Assembly (NCBI GenBank): GCA_965178125.1
Contig: OZ237758.1
Location: forward strand, 558,001 to 622,000
Reading direction: 5' to 3'
From: Bilabrum cf. latius
Taxonomy: Eukaryota
Length of the DNA: 64,000 nucleotides
In this document: positions 1 to 12,434 of the stretch, piece by piece
Layout: the number at the start of each line of letters is the position of its first letter
Numbering within the stretch: the first letter of the stretch is position 1
Made by a program: the position numbers and the translations under genes
Notes under the pieces: model-generated
Database searches by the model: none
Told to the model about the DNA's origin: nothing
What the model saw: only the letters and a program-made list of their open reading frames with translations

Positions 1-2
1 TC

Positions 3-3000
3 GATTTCCAGGAGCTGCTCGAGGCGCTGCTCCCCGGAGCTGGTGGTTTCTCCTCGGAAATGTTTGCAGCACAGGTAGAGGGGACCGGGGTGGTGGAAGC
101 GCAGGTGGCCGCGGCGGGCGGGATGGGAGACGGCCGCAAGCGGATCAAGAAAGGGACGATTCCGCACGACGAGGGCGCCATGAGTCGGGTGCGGCGACTA
201 CGTTTGCTCGCGCGACAGCGGTCGATAGGGAACAACAAGGGCGCGAACGAGATCGGCAGCCGCCCGGGCACCAGCAGCACCGGCCACTTCGAAAGCGGTG
301 CGGCTGCAGCGGACCATCATGCCGCGGTATTCAAGCAGCCGCTTCATGATGCCTCGCATGAGGACCAGGACCAGGACCAGGAGCTTGAGAGACCGAGGAG
401 GGGATAGCTGAGGGCCCTCGCGCATCGGTCAAGGGAGAGAATCAGCCTTAGGCTAAAGGCAAGCAGCAGCTTGGCGAGTCGCGTGGGTGCTTCGAGCTAG
501 AGGCACCTCGATAGGGTGCAGGAGGAGGCAGCGCAAGAAGCAGAGCGGATCCAGAGGGCAGGCAAGGCGCAGCTGTCGGAGCTTGGGGCACCCAGGGGCG
601 ACAATGATGCCAGTGGGGCGGGCTTTACTAGCAATGGCCGCGTAAGAAGTCGCAGGACCATCCTGTCAGGGACAGTGGCTGGGCCCGCAGGCTCAGGCAC
701 AGCTCAGTCGCCTCAGTCTGCGAAGTTTCGGTTCGAGGAGACGGTCCGCCGCGGGCGACTGCTGGACAAGCAGAGAAAGCTAGTGATGGAGAGGAGAACG
801 CTCAGAAGGAAAGCACGCGCGAGGCTTCAGCTGGCCCAGTACCTCGCGGGTCGATCTGAGGCAGGGGCAAGCATGGAGCCGGGTGACATTCACGGGGCGT
901 GCCTATCGTTCGGGAAGGGCTTGTTTGAGGTGCCAGTCCCCGGCATGCCCGCGCCTTGGCCAGGGTCGATCCGAGCAGGCACCGGCGCCTCTGGCTCAAG
1001 CACTGGCATGGGGCTTGAAGCGAGCACCCACAGCAACAGAGGCATGAGTCCTGCGGGGGTGGCCGATCAGGGGTGGGACGAGGGTGGTGCCACTGGCAGC
1101 GATGCGGGCTCCATGCACCCAACCGTGGCGCACTCGAAGGCAGAAACGATCGGGCTTGCGTCCAAGCTGGGGAGGGTTGGTGCTCGTGCTGGTGGGGGCA
1201 CTCCAATTGGCTGGGATCCCGAGAACGGTGGCGGCGAAGATGGGGGATCTGAGGATTCTGACGTGTTTGCGGCGAAATTGGGTGGGGGCGTGTCGCATCA
1301 TGCGGTGAGGGCTCGTCGAGCGTCAGTCGTGAGGTGGCAGAACATGCGAGGGGTCCAAGATGAGGGCAGGGAAGGTGGTGTCGATCGGGACCTGGGCCCC
1401 GCTTCAGATACCCCCGGTTTGGACTCTGCTTCGTCTTTGGCCAGGTTGCGGGAGTCAATCTACGGCAAGTACGAGACCCACATTGTTGAGGGAGCCGAGA
1501 CGGGGGCCACGCTATCAACGGAGCACAAGATGGAGCTGCTCCGCTCCATGCCGCGTCCCAAGGGTGCCGATATGCCTCACTACAGGATCGGCACGGTAGG
1601 TCAGCAAGTGCAGAGCTCATTGGCAGAGCTGGCTAGAGTCGGCGATGCGATGAAGGAGGCGAGGAGGGCGGCCATTGTGGGGCATAGGCATGGTGATGCG
1701 AGCAAGCAGGAGCCGTCGGGCGACTTGGACAAGCAACAATCGATGCGTCAATCTGGCAGCAACAGCAGCATTCTAGAAAGGTAGAGCGGGCGTGGCATGG
1801 CTTCAACAGCAGCTCCTTCAGCAGCAGCTCCTTCAGCCAGCTCTGGGCGCACCCAGACGCCCATCCTCGACAGGTGGAACGCAGCAAAAATTGCCAAGAG
1901 CAAGGGCCGGGGAGATAACAAGGCGCGCAAGGGAAGCAAAAAGGATATCAATCGCGCGCATGAGAGGCCAATTGGGCGTGCCACCGGAGATGACATGACG
2001 CACGACGGCGCTCTCAGCGTTGCCATGCCGACCCACGAGGTGCTTCAGAACGAAGCGGGGGCGGGCCATGTGCAAGGCGGCGTGGCGCTGAAGAAACTTA
2101 TCGATGTCCTGCTCGCAGACAACGTCGGTGACGACGCATGGAAGGACAGGCTGGAGCTGCCTTCGAGGCTGGTGATGCACCGGAGGCACTTCCTCATCAG
2201 CACCGTGCTCAACGCCCGCAGGATCGAAGCCGTCATCAGCCACCTGGTGGAGCTGGGTATCGAGGAGGCCAGAGAAGCGGGCGACGCCGAGGCGCTTTCT
2301 AGGCTGTCTGTTGTGAAGAACAGGCAGTACGAGAGGCAGCTGGAGCGGTCCGAGAGACTCAGCGCGTTGCGTTCCATCCTGACCAGGTCGCTGCAGGAGA
2401 GGAGGCAGGATCGCGCCGAGAAGGAGTAGAAGGAGGCTGTCGCGATGGAGAGGGCGGCGAAGGAGATGGGCGTGATCCCGGGCAATTTGGAAGCCGAGGA
2501 TTGCACTCGGGGTGGTGCCACTGCTGCTGCTGCTCCTGCTCCTGCTGCTCCTGCTGCTCCTGCTATTCCGCATGGGGACGGTGAGGCGCACGTGCACGGG
2601 TCTGCGGTGCTCTCCAACGCATCCAGCCGCCGCAGCAGCATCGACGGTCAGCCGGTGCAGCATTCCAGGAACCGGATCTTGGATCCTGAGGACAGGCCCG
2701 CCTCCGCTTTGTCCACCCTTTTCGACCCGCGGGAATTTGCGACAGAGGCGGAGAGGCCCGAGTCGCACTCGTCACACTCCCGACGAGGTCGCTCCCGCGT
2801 GATGGACCCGGACGCGGACGATTCGGACGACTCGATAGACAGGGCACAGGCAAGGCGACGGGCAGCAGTATCGAGGTTCCAATCGGCTGTGCGGACGGTG
2901 ATGCTGACGATCAGCGCAGAGAGAAGTCTCAAGGCCCGCGCGCAGGGGAGGGCGAGGCAGTTCGTGCGCGAGATCATGCGGCTCGCATCCCGTTCGGCTG

Positions 3001-3860
3001 GCGGGGAAGGCCAGGACGGTGGTGGAGGAGAGGAGAGCGGCCCGCGAATCAGCGAACTCAGGGAACGTTCGCTGGGTGCGGAAAAAGGAGGGCTCGTGGA
3101 CGGGAGGGCCAGAAAGAAAGCGGAGCAAGAGAGGCAGGCGAGAGCCGAGGCGAAGGTGCTCGTGGAGGCGGCGGTGCGTGCGGGGCAGCGCGCGGCAGGA
3201 GGGGCGGGGGCCGCGAGGGGGACGGGCCAGAGCAGCAGCAGGCAACTGGAGCTGCTGCCCGGCTTCCAGGACTCGACGCAGCCGCGGCTGAACGAGGCCA
3301 TGGCCGCCGCAGCGCTGAGGTCGGAAATCGGAGTGAGCATCAAGCAGCCGCAAGGTGACCCGGGCACTGGCAGCAGCAGCACCGACTTCGATTCCAATAG
3401 AAGAAGCAAGCAAGGCTAGTTTTCGGGAATGCATGGCGCTTCTTAGCTGACTACCATCGCGCTGGGCGCGCACGAGCGCCGCCGAGCAGATGCTCTGAAC
3501 GCTGCGGACGGTGTTTCAGGTGTGGCTGCTCGCACTAGGCTCGGAGCTGCGGGTGCCTCTGTCGTAGGAAAAGCCGCGAAATCAGCCCCTCCTGGTGTCG
3601 TCTCGACGGTTGGTAGCCTTGGTGGTTTAGTTGATGCGATGCGGGAGGGTGGGAAGTTTCTCAAGAGAGCTGGCAGGCAGCGAGCCAGAGCGAGTGCCCA
3701 CCCTCGGCCTCCCCCGGATTTCGAGGCAGAAGGGGGATCCCCTCGGGGAATGCAGTTTGACATTGGGTCTACAGAAGATCAGAAGGTAAAATTAGCGAGA
3801 GTGCGCGCCGGGGCAGCTGAGGATGCCGCAGGGGTGCTCGCGAAAGTGTCTCGGAGGTGA
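3..3860 (+). CDS. Large low-complexity/coiled-coil hypothetical protein, 5'-partial (TAG read as Gln)
   Basis: Track ORFs 60..407, 516..1784, 1797..2429, 2445..3419 and 3522..3860 share one frame, broken only by TAG (405, 498, 1782, 2427, 3417, 3444). The frame is open from the window start and ends at TGA 3858-3860. No domain recognised. Confidence 0.75.
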
Positions 3861-4482
3861 TGCCTTGCCGAAGTGCAGTCGATAGTATTGTTGCGTGCTA
3901 TTTTATAATCACATTTCTTGCTGCGCGACTTCCCGTCTCGAGGGTCGGGCGACAACACGGCCACTCTCCCGGTGTCCCTAAGTCATGGGACTGTGTGGAT
4001 CAAAGGCTGATATCAGTAATAGTCCCAGTAGTGGGGCTGGGGCAGGAGGACCCTCTGCGACTGGAGACGCCTGGAAGGTGAGCTTCAGGAGCTGAACTCC
4101 CGCACGACAGCTTTCTCCAGTATTTTCAAACAGACAGCCCGATGCTCTGAATAGTTTGGTATTACACTTCGATTTTGATGCGATATGGCAAGTGTTCATC
4201 CTTTGGTACGAGAAAAGCTGGATGTGTTCGTTGGTGTCCGGTTGCTGAATGTTGATTCTAGCCCTTTGCGACGACGATTATCATGGATCGCAACGTCGGC
4301 CTTTTAATGTTGCTCTTGTTTGGGTCACTGAGCATTTGATTTTTTTCATGCTGAGGTCGAACTCGAGCTGCCAGCCCCTGGCAAGGTGATCCCCGGGACT
4401 CAGACTGCTAATTTGCTCCAGTTGGGCGCTGCAAATACCATGAACAGCAATTTATCGCCTCACGAATATCTTTTTACCGCAG

Positions 4483-5727
4483 CAAACTACAATTGATGCT
4501 GATTATCGGTTCGACTCGAGCCCGAACGCAATCCTTGGAAGGGGGGCTTCGTCCGTTGTTCGGAGAGCCGTGCACAAAGCGACTGGAACTGTTGTAGCTG
4601 TCAAGGTGATGACGAAGAAGAAGCTATCGAAGGAGGATATTGCCGGCGTATACACTGAAGTTGAGGCGATGGAGAAGCTGAAGGGACACCCGAACCTGGT
4701 GCAGTTGCTGGGATTCTATGATACTAAGGAGCGGTTTTATGTTGTTCTTGAGTTCTTGGAGGGAGGCGAGCTGTTCGATAGGCTTACTCACAAGGAAATG
4801 TACATGGAAAGCGATGCGCGAGAAGCGATGCGCCTGCTGGTGGACGCGGTGCAGCACTGCCATACAAAAGGCGTTGCTCATCGCGATCTCAAGCCCGAGA
4901 ACATCCTTCTCAAAGATAAGGATTCCGATACCACCGTCAAGCTAGCTGATTTTGGATTTGCCAAGTCGTGCAACCACGGCGAGAGGCTTCTCCGGACGGC
5001 GTGCGGAACACCTGGGTGAGAAATCGAGCAATGGCAAGCAAGCGAGCGAGCGAGCGGACTTTGCCACCCACTGCCCTGCGGCTCTTGCTGATCACTGGCA
5101 GCTGCTGTGCGGAATTTCACGGCGCGTCTCTTGTGCCTTTTGTATCCTACTGCATCGTTTGCTTGGCTCCTTGCTTCTCTTTTATGCAGGTACGTGGCCC
5201 CGGAGATCTTGCGCAGGAAGCCTTACGGCGTAGAGGTGGACGTGTGGTCGCTCGGAGTGATCATGTACATTTTGCTGTGCGGATACCCACCGTTCTGGAG
5301 CGAGGACGAAACCGAGCTGTTCCGTCAGATCAAGACTGCAAAGTTCGAGTTTCACATGCCGGAGTGGAAGGACATCTCCAAGGAGGCGAGGGACCTCATC
5401 GGCAGGATGCTCGTCGTGAGCCCCGATGATCGGATCACCACGGCGCAGGTGCTCGAGCACCCGTGGATGAAGAAGGGACTGGAGCAGAAGAACCTCACGC
5501 AGACCAAGCAGGCCCTCAAGGGCTTCAACGCGCGCAGGAGGATGAAGAAGGCCATGGTGGTGGTGCGGGCCACCCTCAGGATGAGGATGCTGCAGGGGGC
5601 GCTGAAGGCCGCCGCGACGGACCTGAAGAAGCAGGACGAGCAAGAGGAAGAGGCGGCTGCGAAGGGGAGCGAGGAGGCGGAGGAGGCCGCGGGAGGTGCC
5701 AATGGGGCTGCTGCCGTGTCCACGTGA
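4483..5727 (+). CDS. Ca2+/calmodulin-dependent protein kinase (CaMKI-like); 5' exon unresolved
   Basis: Motifs LGRGASSVV, VAVK, HRDLKPEN, DFG, and GTPG|YVAPE joined across GT-AG intron 5016-5189, plus DVWSLG and a C-terminal FNARRRMKKAM CaM-binding-like segment. Acceptor at 4482; stop TGA 5725-5727. Confidence 0.9.
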
Positions 5728-5993
5728 AGTGGCCCTGGGTGTCTACCAATGTCGATGGGCCGGGGCGGCGGAAGCTGCTCAAAGCGGAGGCTCACACGCG
5801 GTGCCCAGTGCTCTCCGAAATCATCTTATGTGTTGGAGTACAATTTTTGTATCCTTGGCTGCTTTCTGCCATGGCCAAAGCCGGTCGCGGTGCGTATGCA
5901 TAATTCAGATCTGTGCTTAATTGTAGCGTGCACTGCGAGCCGTTGGCAAGGTTGCACAGGTGCCGTCCACCGCCCCGATACTGAGCGCGCAAA

Positions 5994-8900
5994 ATGTCCA
6001 GCCTTGCTGGTATTCCGTCTCTGGGATCATAGCGTCCTGGAAATCACGGGTCTTCTGGCGGTGGCCTGGGCCTAAGCTCGCTGGCATCTGCCCCATCGCT
6101 CACGGGCGGATCGGCGAATGACCCCAACGCACCCGGAAACACCTCCGGAGATTCTCTTGACGCCAATTTTGATGCCATGCTGTATCCTTCATCGAAAACG
6201 AAGAGGACATCGTCCCGTAGATCAGGAAGGGACAAGTCTTCGAGGAAGAAAGGCAAGAAATCGAAACGAGAACGAGGTTCGTCCTCCAAAAAGTCAGGTA
6301 AATCGAGCAAAAAGAAGGAGTCCATCAGATCGGAGTCCATCAGATCGCCTGGGCTAGCTAGCTCAGGTGGCTTTGATTTTGACTCCCCAGCAAAGTCTGA
6401 CCTCAGCCAGAGCGGGACAGGCATGAGTGGATTCTTTGACGAGGACGCTGGCCCGGGCAACGAGGGTTCATCTGCGGCGAGCGCGTCAATTCCGACGGGC
6501 AGAAGCGGATCACAAGGCGGGGGATTGGGACTGGGCCTCCAGAGCAGCGCCGGTGGCGGCTCAGGTCGCGATGCGCTGGAGCGAGCACTCTCTGGCACGG
6601 GCACCCGCCGCCGCGGCCTGGGCCTGGGGCTAGGGGCGGGGGGCGACAGCGCTGGACCTGCCCTTCCTTCCTCGGGTTTGAGCTACGGTGGCGGCAGCGG
6701 CACCGGTTCTCGCGCGAGTTCTGTGGCGGGCGCGGCCACCACGGGTGCGGGCGGTGCCGGTGGCGTGGAGGGGGGTCCGTCGAGCAGGAGATCGAGTCTC
6801 GGAATGACGATGGATGGCGGGGTCGCGAGAGGGGTCGGTGGTGGGAGTGGTGCTAGCGGATCAGGGGCTTGGGATTCAGCGCTCGGGGACGACTATGATG
6901 ACGATGACGACGACGACCATGATGACAATGGCAAGGGTGGCGGCGGCGGGGGAAGCGGGGGCGAGGATGTGGACGAGGAGGAGCTGCAGAGGCAGATCAA
7001 CGAGGCCCTGGGCCTAGCACCACCTGCTAGCAGCAGCGGCAGCGGCAATTCGAAGCAGAAAAGAAAAGAAAAGGAGAGCAAAAAGGACCCCGTCGCTCTC
7101 GGCACGAGAAGGAGAGGGGGAGGCGCAGGCGTTGCCGCCAGTGAGGCCGGCGTGCCGGAGCTTGGTATCCGCAAGCCGCCGAGCGGGAGCGGGGGTGCAC
7201 TGCACGGTGATGCTTTCGGTCCGTCTCCCCGCCCAGACTCTCGCCGCCAGCTAGGACCGCCACTCTCCTCTGACGAGGGGCCTGGCACCAGTAACGGCCG
7301 CATGCAGGTGCACGGCCACAGCTCTCGCAACCCCTCCAATTCTTCCACAGCCGCAAATTCCCCGCGAGATGCGGGTGCTTCTTCCAAAGGAGCCAGAGAT
7401 GGAACGGGCCGGGATATCACGGGCAGCCCGGGCAGGCGCCAGGTGGAGGGCGACTCGGCAGAGACGGGCTGGACGGGATCATCTGGCCTGGGCATGGGCT
7501 CGGCCGGGGATGCTGGACTGAGCGCTGCGCACGGGTCTAGACGGAGCTCAGGGGATCTGATGGGTGACGTGACGGATGAGGGCCGCCGCCGAGGCTCGGT
7601 GCCTGGGACCAGGCCGGCTGATGGCCATGGCAATGGGAGCGGCAGCGGTGCGCACGTTGGCTCGGGAAGTGGCGGGAAGGACGGGGGGGGGGATGAAGGG
7701 CTGCTGGGGAGGGACGATTCCTTCGGAATCGGGGGCGCGGATGATGACGACGACTGGGACGACTACGATGCCTCCATAGGAGAGAGCAAGGGGGTCCAGG
7801 GAACAAGCGGTGGCCAGGGAACACAATCGGGGACGGGGGTTGCCCCTGGTGACCTATCCCAGCTGCGGTCCCCACGGGGGATTCGCGGCAGTGCTGATAC
7901 CAGGGGTGGCGCAGGGGCCGCAGAAAGGGTCACTGACGATGATGGAGGATCTGCGTCAGGGTACGGGTCCTCGGCCAACAAGGACGGACAGGAGGGCTAC
8001 AGGATCGGGGGCGGGGCACAGGGTGAGCAGGGCCGGGGCAGCAGCCCGAGCCGCGCCTCCCTCTCTTTGAAGCTTCCCCTGGACAAGTCAGGCCACACCC
8101 CGTCGTCCTCGACCCGCAGCGGACCGCTCAGTCCCTCCTCGGGGTCAGGAAGGCGGAGAAGGGGGATGGCGTCAACGCCTGCAGAGGCTGCGGCGGCTGC
8201 CGCAGCAGCCGTCGCGGCGACATCGAATGCTTCAGACGAGCCGCGCGTGGGATTTAGCCCCGGTACGGGCGTGCATCTGGACGACGAGTACAGCGCCGAT
8301 TTCGACGACACCAGGCAGCAGGAAGGCGCGCGAGATGGGAGCAGCCAGGGTGGCGGTGGCGGGGGTGCGACTGGCGGGCCATCAAGCAAGAGGACCGGGA
8401 GCGGGAAGCAATCGTCCAGGAGCAAGCACAGGAGCTCATCGGACTCTCACGGTGGCAGGGGAGACCGCGCACTTGATTCCGCGAGAAGGAGAGCGGAAGC
8501 AGCGGAAGCGGACGCCGAGTCGCTTCGCGAGCAGCTGTCCAGGGAGCGTAGGACTGCAGCGGAGCGGCTCGAGGCGGCAAATCGGCGACATCGCGCAGAA
8601 AAGGAAGAGCTTGCGGCCGCCGAATAGCGCGCTCTTGACACGCTGAGGCAGTAGCTGGAGGCCGAGGCCCGGGAGCAGCGGGCCGGCGGAGAAAGGGCGA
8701 GAGCGGCCGAGCGCCGTGAGCTGGAGCAGAAGGCCGAGGCTGCTCTGGCGAGAGAGAGGGCGGCTCTGGCGGAGCTCCGTGCCAGGGTGGAGCAAGCCAC
8801 TGCAAGCGCCCAGCGGATTGCCAGGGAACAACAGGAGAGGGAGATGGAGCAGTTCCGGACCAGGGTGTCCAAAGAGGCCGAAGCCGAGCTGGAGAAGGAG

Positions 8901-10190
8901 AGGGCTCGTTTCGAGCAGCAGTTGCAGGAGACCAGGGAGGCACACAGGGAACAAATGGAGGAGCTTGGCCGCAGGCACGAGCACAAGCAACAGCATACCG
9001 ACGCCGCCAGGGAACTAATGCAAGCCACTGAAAAGCTCCAGAAGCTGGAGCAGCAGGTTTCGGCAGCCAGCCAATAGGCCATGGACCGCCGGGAGGCGGC
9101 AGTCAGCGAGCGAGAGGCAGCCGTCCATGAGGCAGAGAGAGAGGCCAAGAGGGCCAGGGAGGACGCGGCTCGGTCGGCAGAGCGGTTGAGCGAGCTTGTT
9201 TCGTCCATGGAGCGGGCCGCATCATCGGCGCGCCTCTCGACTGAGGACGAGAGGGAACGACTCAGGGCGGAGGCGCAGCGGCTCAAGGCCTGGCAGGACT
9301 CGTTGCAGTCCAGGGAACAAGCGCTCGCGGAGGAGAGGGCGACGGCGGGCAGGCAGGCAGCGGATCTGCGCGAGGCAGCCGAGGCGGACGCGGCCTCTGC
9401 CAGGAAGGACGCGGCCAGGGCCCGGGAGGAACAGGCGCAGGCCGTGCGGGCTGCGGCGGCGGCGCTTGAGGCCTCGCGCAAGGACTCCGAGTCCGCGAGG
9501 CGCGCGCTGTTGTCCGCGGAGGAGGACCGTCGGGAGGCGCACGAGGCCCGCAGGGAGGCGGAGGCCCTTAGGGAACAAGCGGCGAGGGAGAGGGAGGAGG
9601 CAGGCGAGGAGAGGAAGCTCGTGAGCGCGGAGCAAGGAAAGGTGAGAGCAGCGGCAGAGGCGCTCGGGGCGCGGGCGGACGAGCTGCGGAAGCTGCGGGC
9701 AGAGGCGCAGGCCGCGCAGGAGGCCGCTGCGGAACATCGGCGCCGCGCAATGGAACTGCACGCCAGCACGCGGGAGGCCGAGGCCAGGGCGGGCCAGGTC
9801 CGCGCCGAGGCGACTCAGGCAAAGCTCGCGGCAGACGAGGCCCGGCTGCAGCTAGCCCAGGGCCGGCGAGCCGCGAGGGGCCGCATGCCAGTGGAGGAGC
9901 ACGCGGGCCGCTCCTCGGAATCGGCCCAGTCTACTTTCGTGGCGCCTCCGCAGCTGCCGGGCGGCGGAGCGGCCGGTGAGTACAATCAGCAGCAATGGGA
10001 GTATCGTGGCCATGGGAGCGCAGGCAATGCAGTTGCAGGGCCGGCTCCGTCAGGCGGGTCGCCAGGCGCACAAGGTGGTAACACGGAACTCAAGGTAACT
10101 CCGCTCCATGACCAGTGGATGAGGGAGATTGGAAGGACAAGGGACATTCTGAAGGAGTTCGACATCTCGCTAGGGGCGGCTGGTGACTGA
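5994..10190 (+). CDS. Gly/Ser-rich N-terminus plus C-terminal coiled-coil protein (possibly FBF1-like)
   Basis: Single frame from ATG 5994 to TGA 10188-10190, interrupted only by TAG (6030, 8625, 8652, 9075). The segment ERLSELVSSME...ERERLRAEAQRL loosely recalls the FBF1 C-terminal coil (weak, from memory). Confidence 0.75.
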
Positions 10191-10321
10191 TCTTCATTGA
10201 CTGGGCAGGAGGTGCTGCGAATTGCTGTTGTTCGACATAAGTTTTCGAATCAAGCGAAGGAGCGCTTGCAACGTCATGCTCACGCGCGTTTGTATCTGTC
10301 CATTTCTGTTTCAAGCTTCGT

Positions 10322-12313
10322 TCACTGCCTGCCATCAGCTCCGGTCTAACTGCCATCATCGCCAGCTGCCCCCTGGCCTCCGCCAATCCGGGCAGCCTCA
10401 GCTGCCTTCCGCTTGGCATCGATACAAAGGTGAAGGTCTGCCTTGGTAATCGGGTAATGCTCGTTGCATACCCTGCAGACCAGCGTCTCGGCCACCTGCT
10501 CCGATTCCTCTGCGTCTTTCTCGCCCTGCGCGCCTGCTGCCAGTGTCGCGGCATCCTCGCCATCCGCATCCCCAGGCTAATCCTCGCTCTTCTTCCCAGC
10601 CTCGTTTACCATGGTGATCAATTCCTCCTCGGGAAGGCTGGCCAGCCGCGTGAGGAATCCAGCCTTGCTGCAGCGGCACAGGTAGTGCAGAGGCGTTGAA
10701 ACTGGTGCGCCAGCCGATGCGCTGCCTCCCTCCTCCTGTACATCCATTGCGGATTCTGCTGCAGAGGGTGTACCAGCAGCATCGGCAGCATCAGCAGCAT
10801 CAGCAACTCCCGAGGCCCTAGCAGCATCAGCTGTCGAGTCAGCCTCGGCCGGCTCGACATCGAGCCAAGGGTAACCAGCACTGGCAGGCTCGTCATCGAG
10901 CCAAGGATATCCACCCAGCACCATCGCAGGCGCGCTGCCATCCTCCTCGCGCGATTCCAGGTCGCAGATCCCGCCGGCGCTCCAGGGAACAATGAGGCCC
11001 GCCACTTCCTGCGGGGTCGCGCCTCCCCTCTATATCAGCGTCTCGAGAACTCCTGCCTCGCTCTTGTATCTCCGTGGGCCGGAAGTCAGCTGCCCTGCCA
11101 CTTCGGCAAGTTCCCGGTAGGCCAAAGTCGTGGCGAACTCCGGCTTGTGCGCTCCGTCGTTGATACTGTCGGTGTTCCCCTCGAACTTTCGCCCAGCCTT
11201 GACCTGGGCCAGCAAGTCGCCATCTCCCCACGCCTGCAGAATTCCAGCCGCTTTGGACGAAGAACGTGCCACTGAATGCCGATACTAGAATGCGCGGCCC
11301 GCCCACGCCCGTTTCAGAGCATTGATGCCCGTTCCGCTGAACGGACCCATGGCCTGCTTTATCGATTCCGGGTCTGTTCCCCGGTACTTGCCGAGGATGG
11401 CCTAGGCCTCCTCTTCTGCCCATGCCTCTGCCGCCTTCTTCGCTTCCTCTTCCGGAGACATCGCGCTGCTACCGATGCTACTACGGGTGACACGATGCGA
11501 CGATGCAGACGGTTGAGGCTTTGCAGGGAGACGGAGCACTTCCCTGAGCAACTGCTCGGGAAGGTCACTTTCTACGTTCCAGATGTCACTATTGTTTCCT
11601 AGAACTGCGTGACCCAGCAAGCTGCGGGCCAGGGCCAGCTCTGCAGCGCTACCACCGGGCATGAGTTCCAGAACGGCCGCGCCGGCAAAAGTTACTTCCC
11701 AACCTTCGTCGCTTTGGCAGCTTTCTAGCTCGATTGTGTCCTCCTATGTGCCGCTTTGTTCACCATTGATAAAATGAGCTTCACGCCCATCCTTGCTGCG
11801 GCACCTCACCTCCGAGTGCACCACAGCGGGAACCTGCTCAGAGCGAGCGTACCATTCTCGAAGGTCGTCAATCACGTTTCCGTGCGACAGTGGCGTGTTG
11901 CTCTGCGCGGGTCGGCGCATGTTGTATAGGATTTTATTTACTGAGAATGATGCTGGGGATGCATTGGTATCGAATTTGCCCGACCGCAGGTGTTGCAGCC
12001 CTCGCAGATAGCCACGGACTTCCCCTACTCTGATCGCCTCCGTGTACAGCTCCGCACCACCTGCTGACATTCCTACCGCAACCCGCTCCTAGCCTTTCTA
12101 AAATGAAGCCAGAGCCGTCGATGCACAGATACCATTGGCCAATAATGCGGCATGGTGTGGCACGCCCACATCGAAGCGTCGCCTTGCTTCCTCTGCCGCG
12201 CCGGTTGCGTGTATCACCGATGCCCTGATGCTGGGCGAAAACGTCCTAACAATAGTATCTTTCTATGCATCTCGAACTAGCCTGTACGCAGAGCGCAAAC
12301 CGGGGCGTGGCAT
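10322..12313 (-). CDS. Hypothetical protein with C-terminal CxxC..HxC zinc-knuckle-like motif
   Basis: Track ORFs 11744..12070, 11402..11662, 11030..11272 and 10577..11005 are one frame joined through about 9 TAGs, ending at TGA 10322-10324. First ATG at 12313 (an upstream exon is possible). CRVCNEHYPITKADLHLC lies near the C-terminus. Confidence 0.65.
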
Positions 12314-12434
12314 GCCTCGAAATGTGTCATCTGTTCAATCCACGTCTCTGGCCAATATGGAACGTTCGACCAGGTTCCTTGAAATGACGGCCAGTCACCC
12401 AATCATCTTTCACAAGTTCCGTGCGGTCGTAAAC

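Noticed and set aside
8447-9769. Long antisense ORFs (also 1833..2768, 53126..54304, 61096..62649, 32598..33692)
   Set aside because: Shadow ORFs of GC-rich coding sequence on the opposite strand, with Ser/Ala/Arg/Cys-rich non-protein-like composition.
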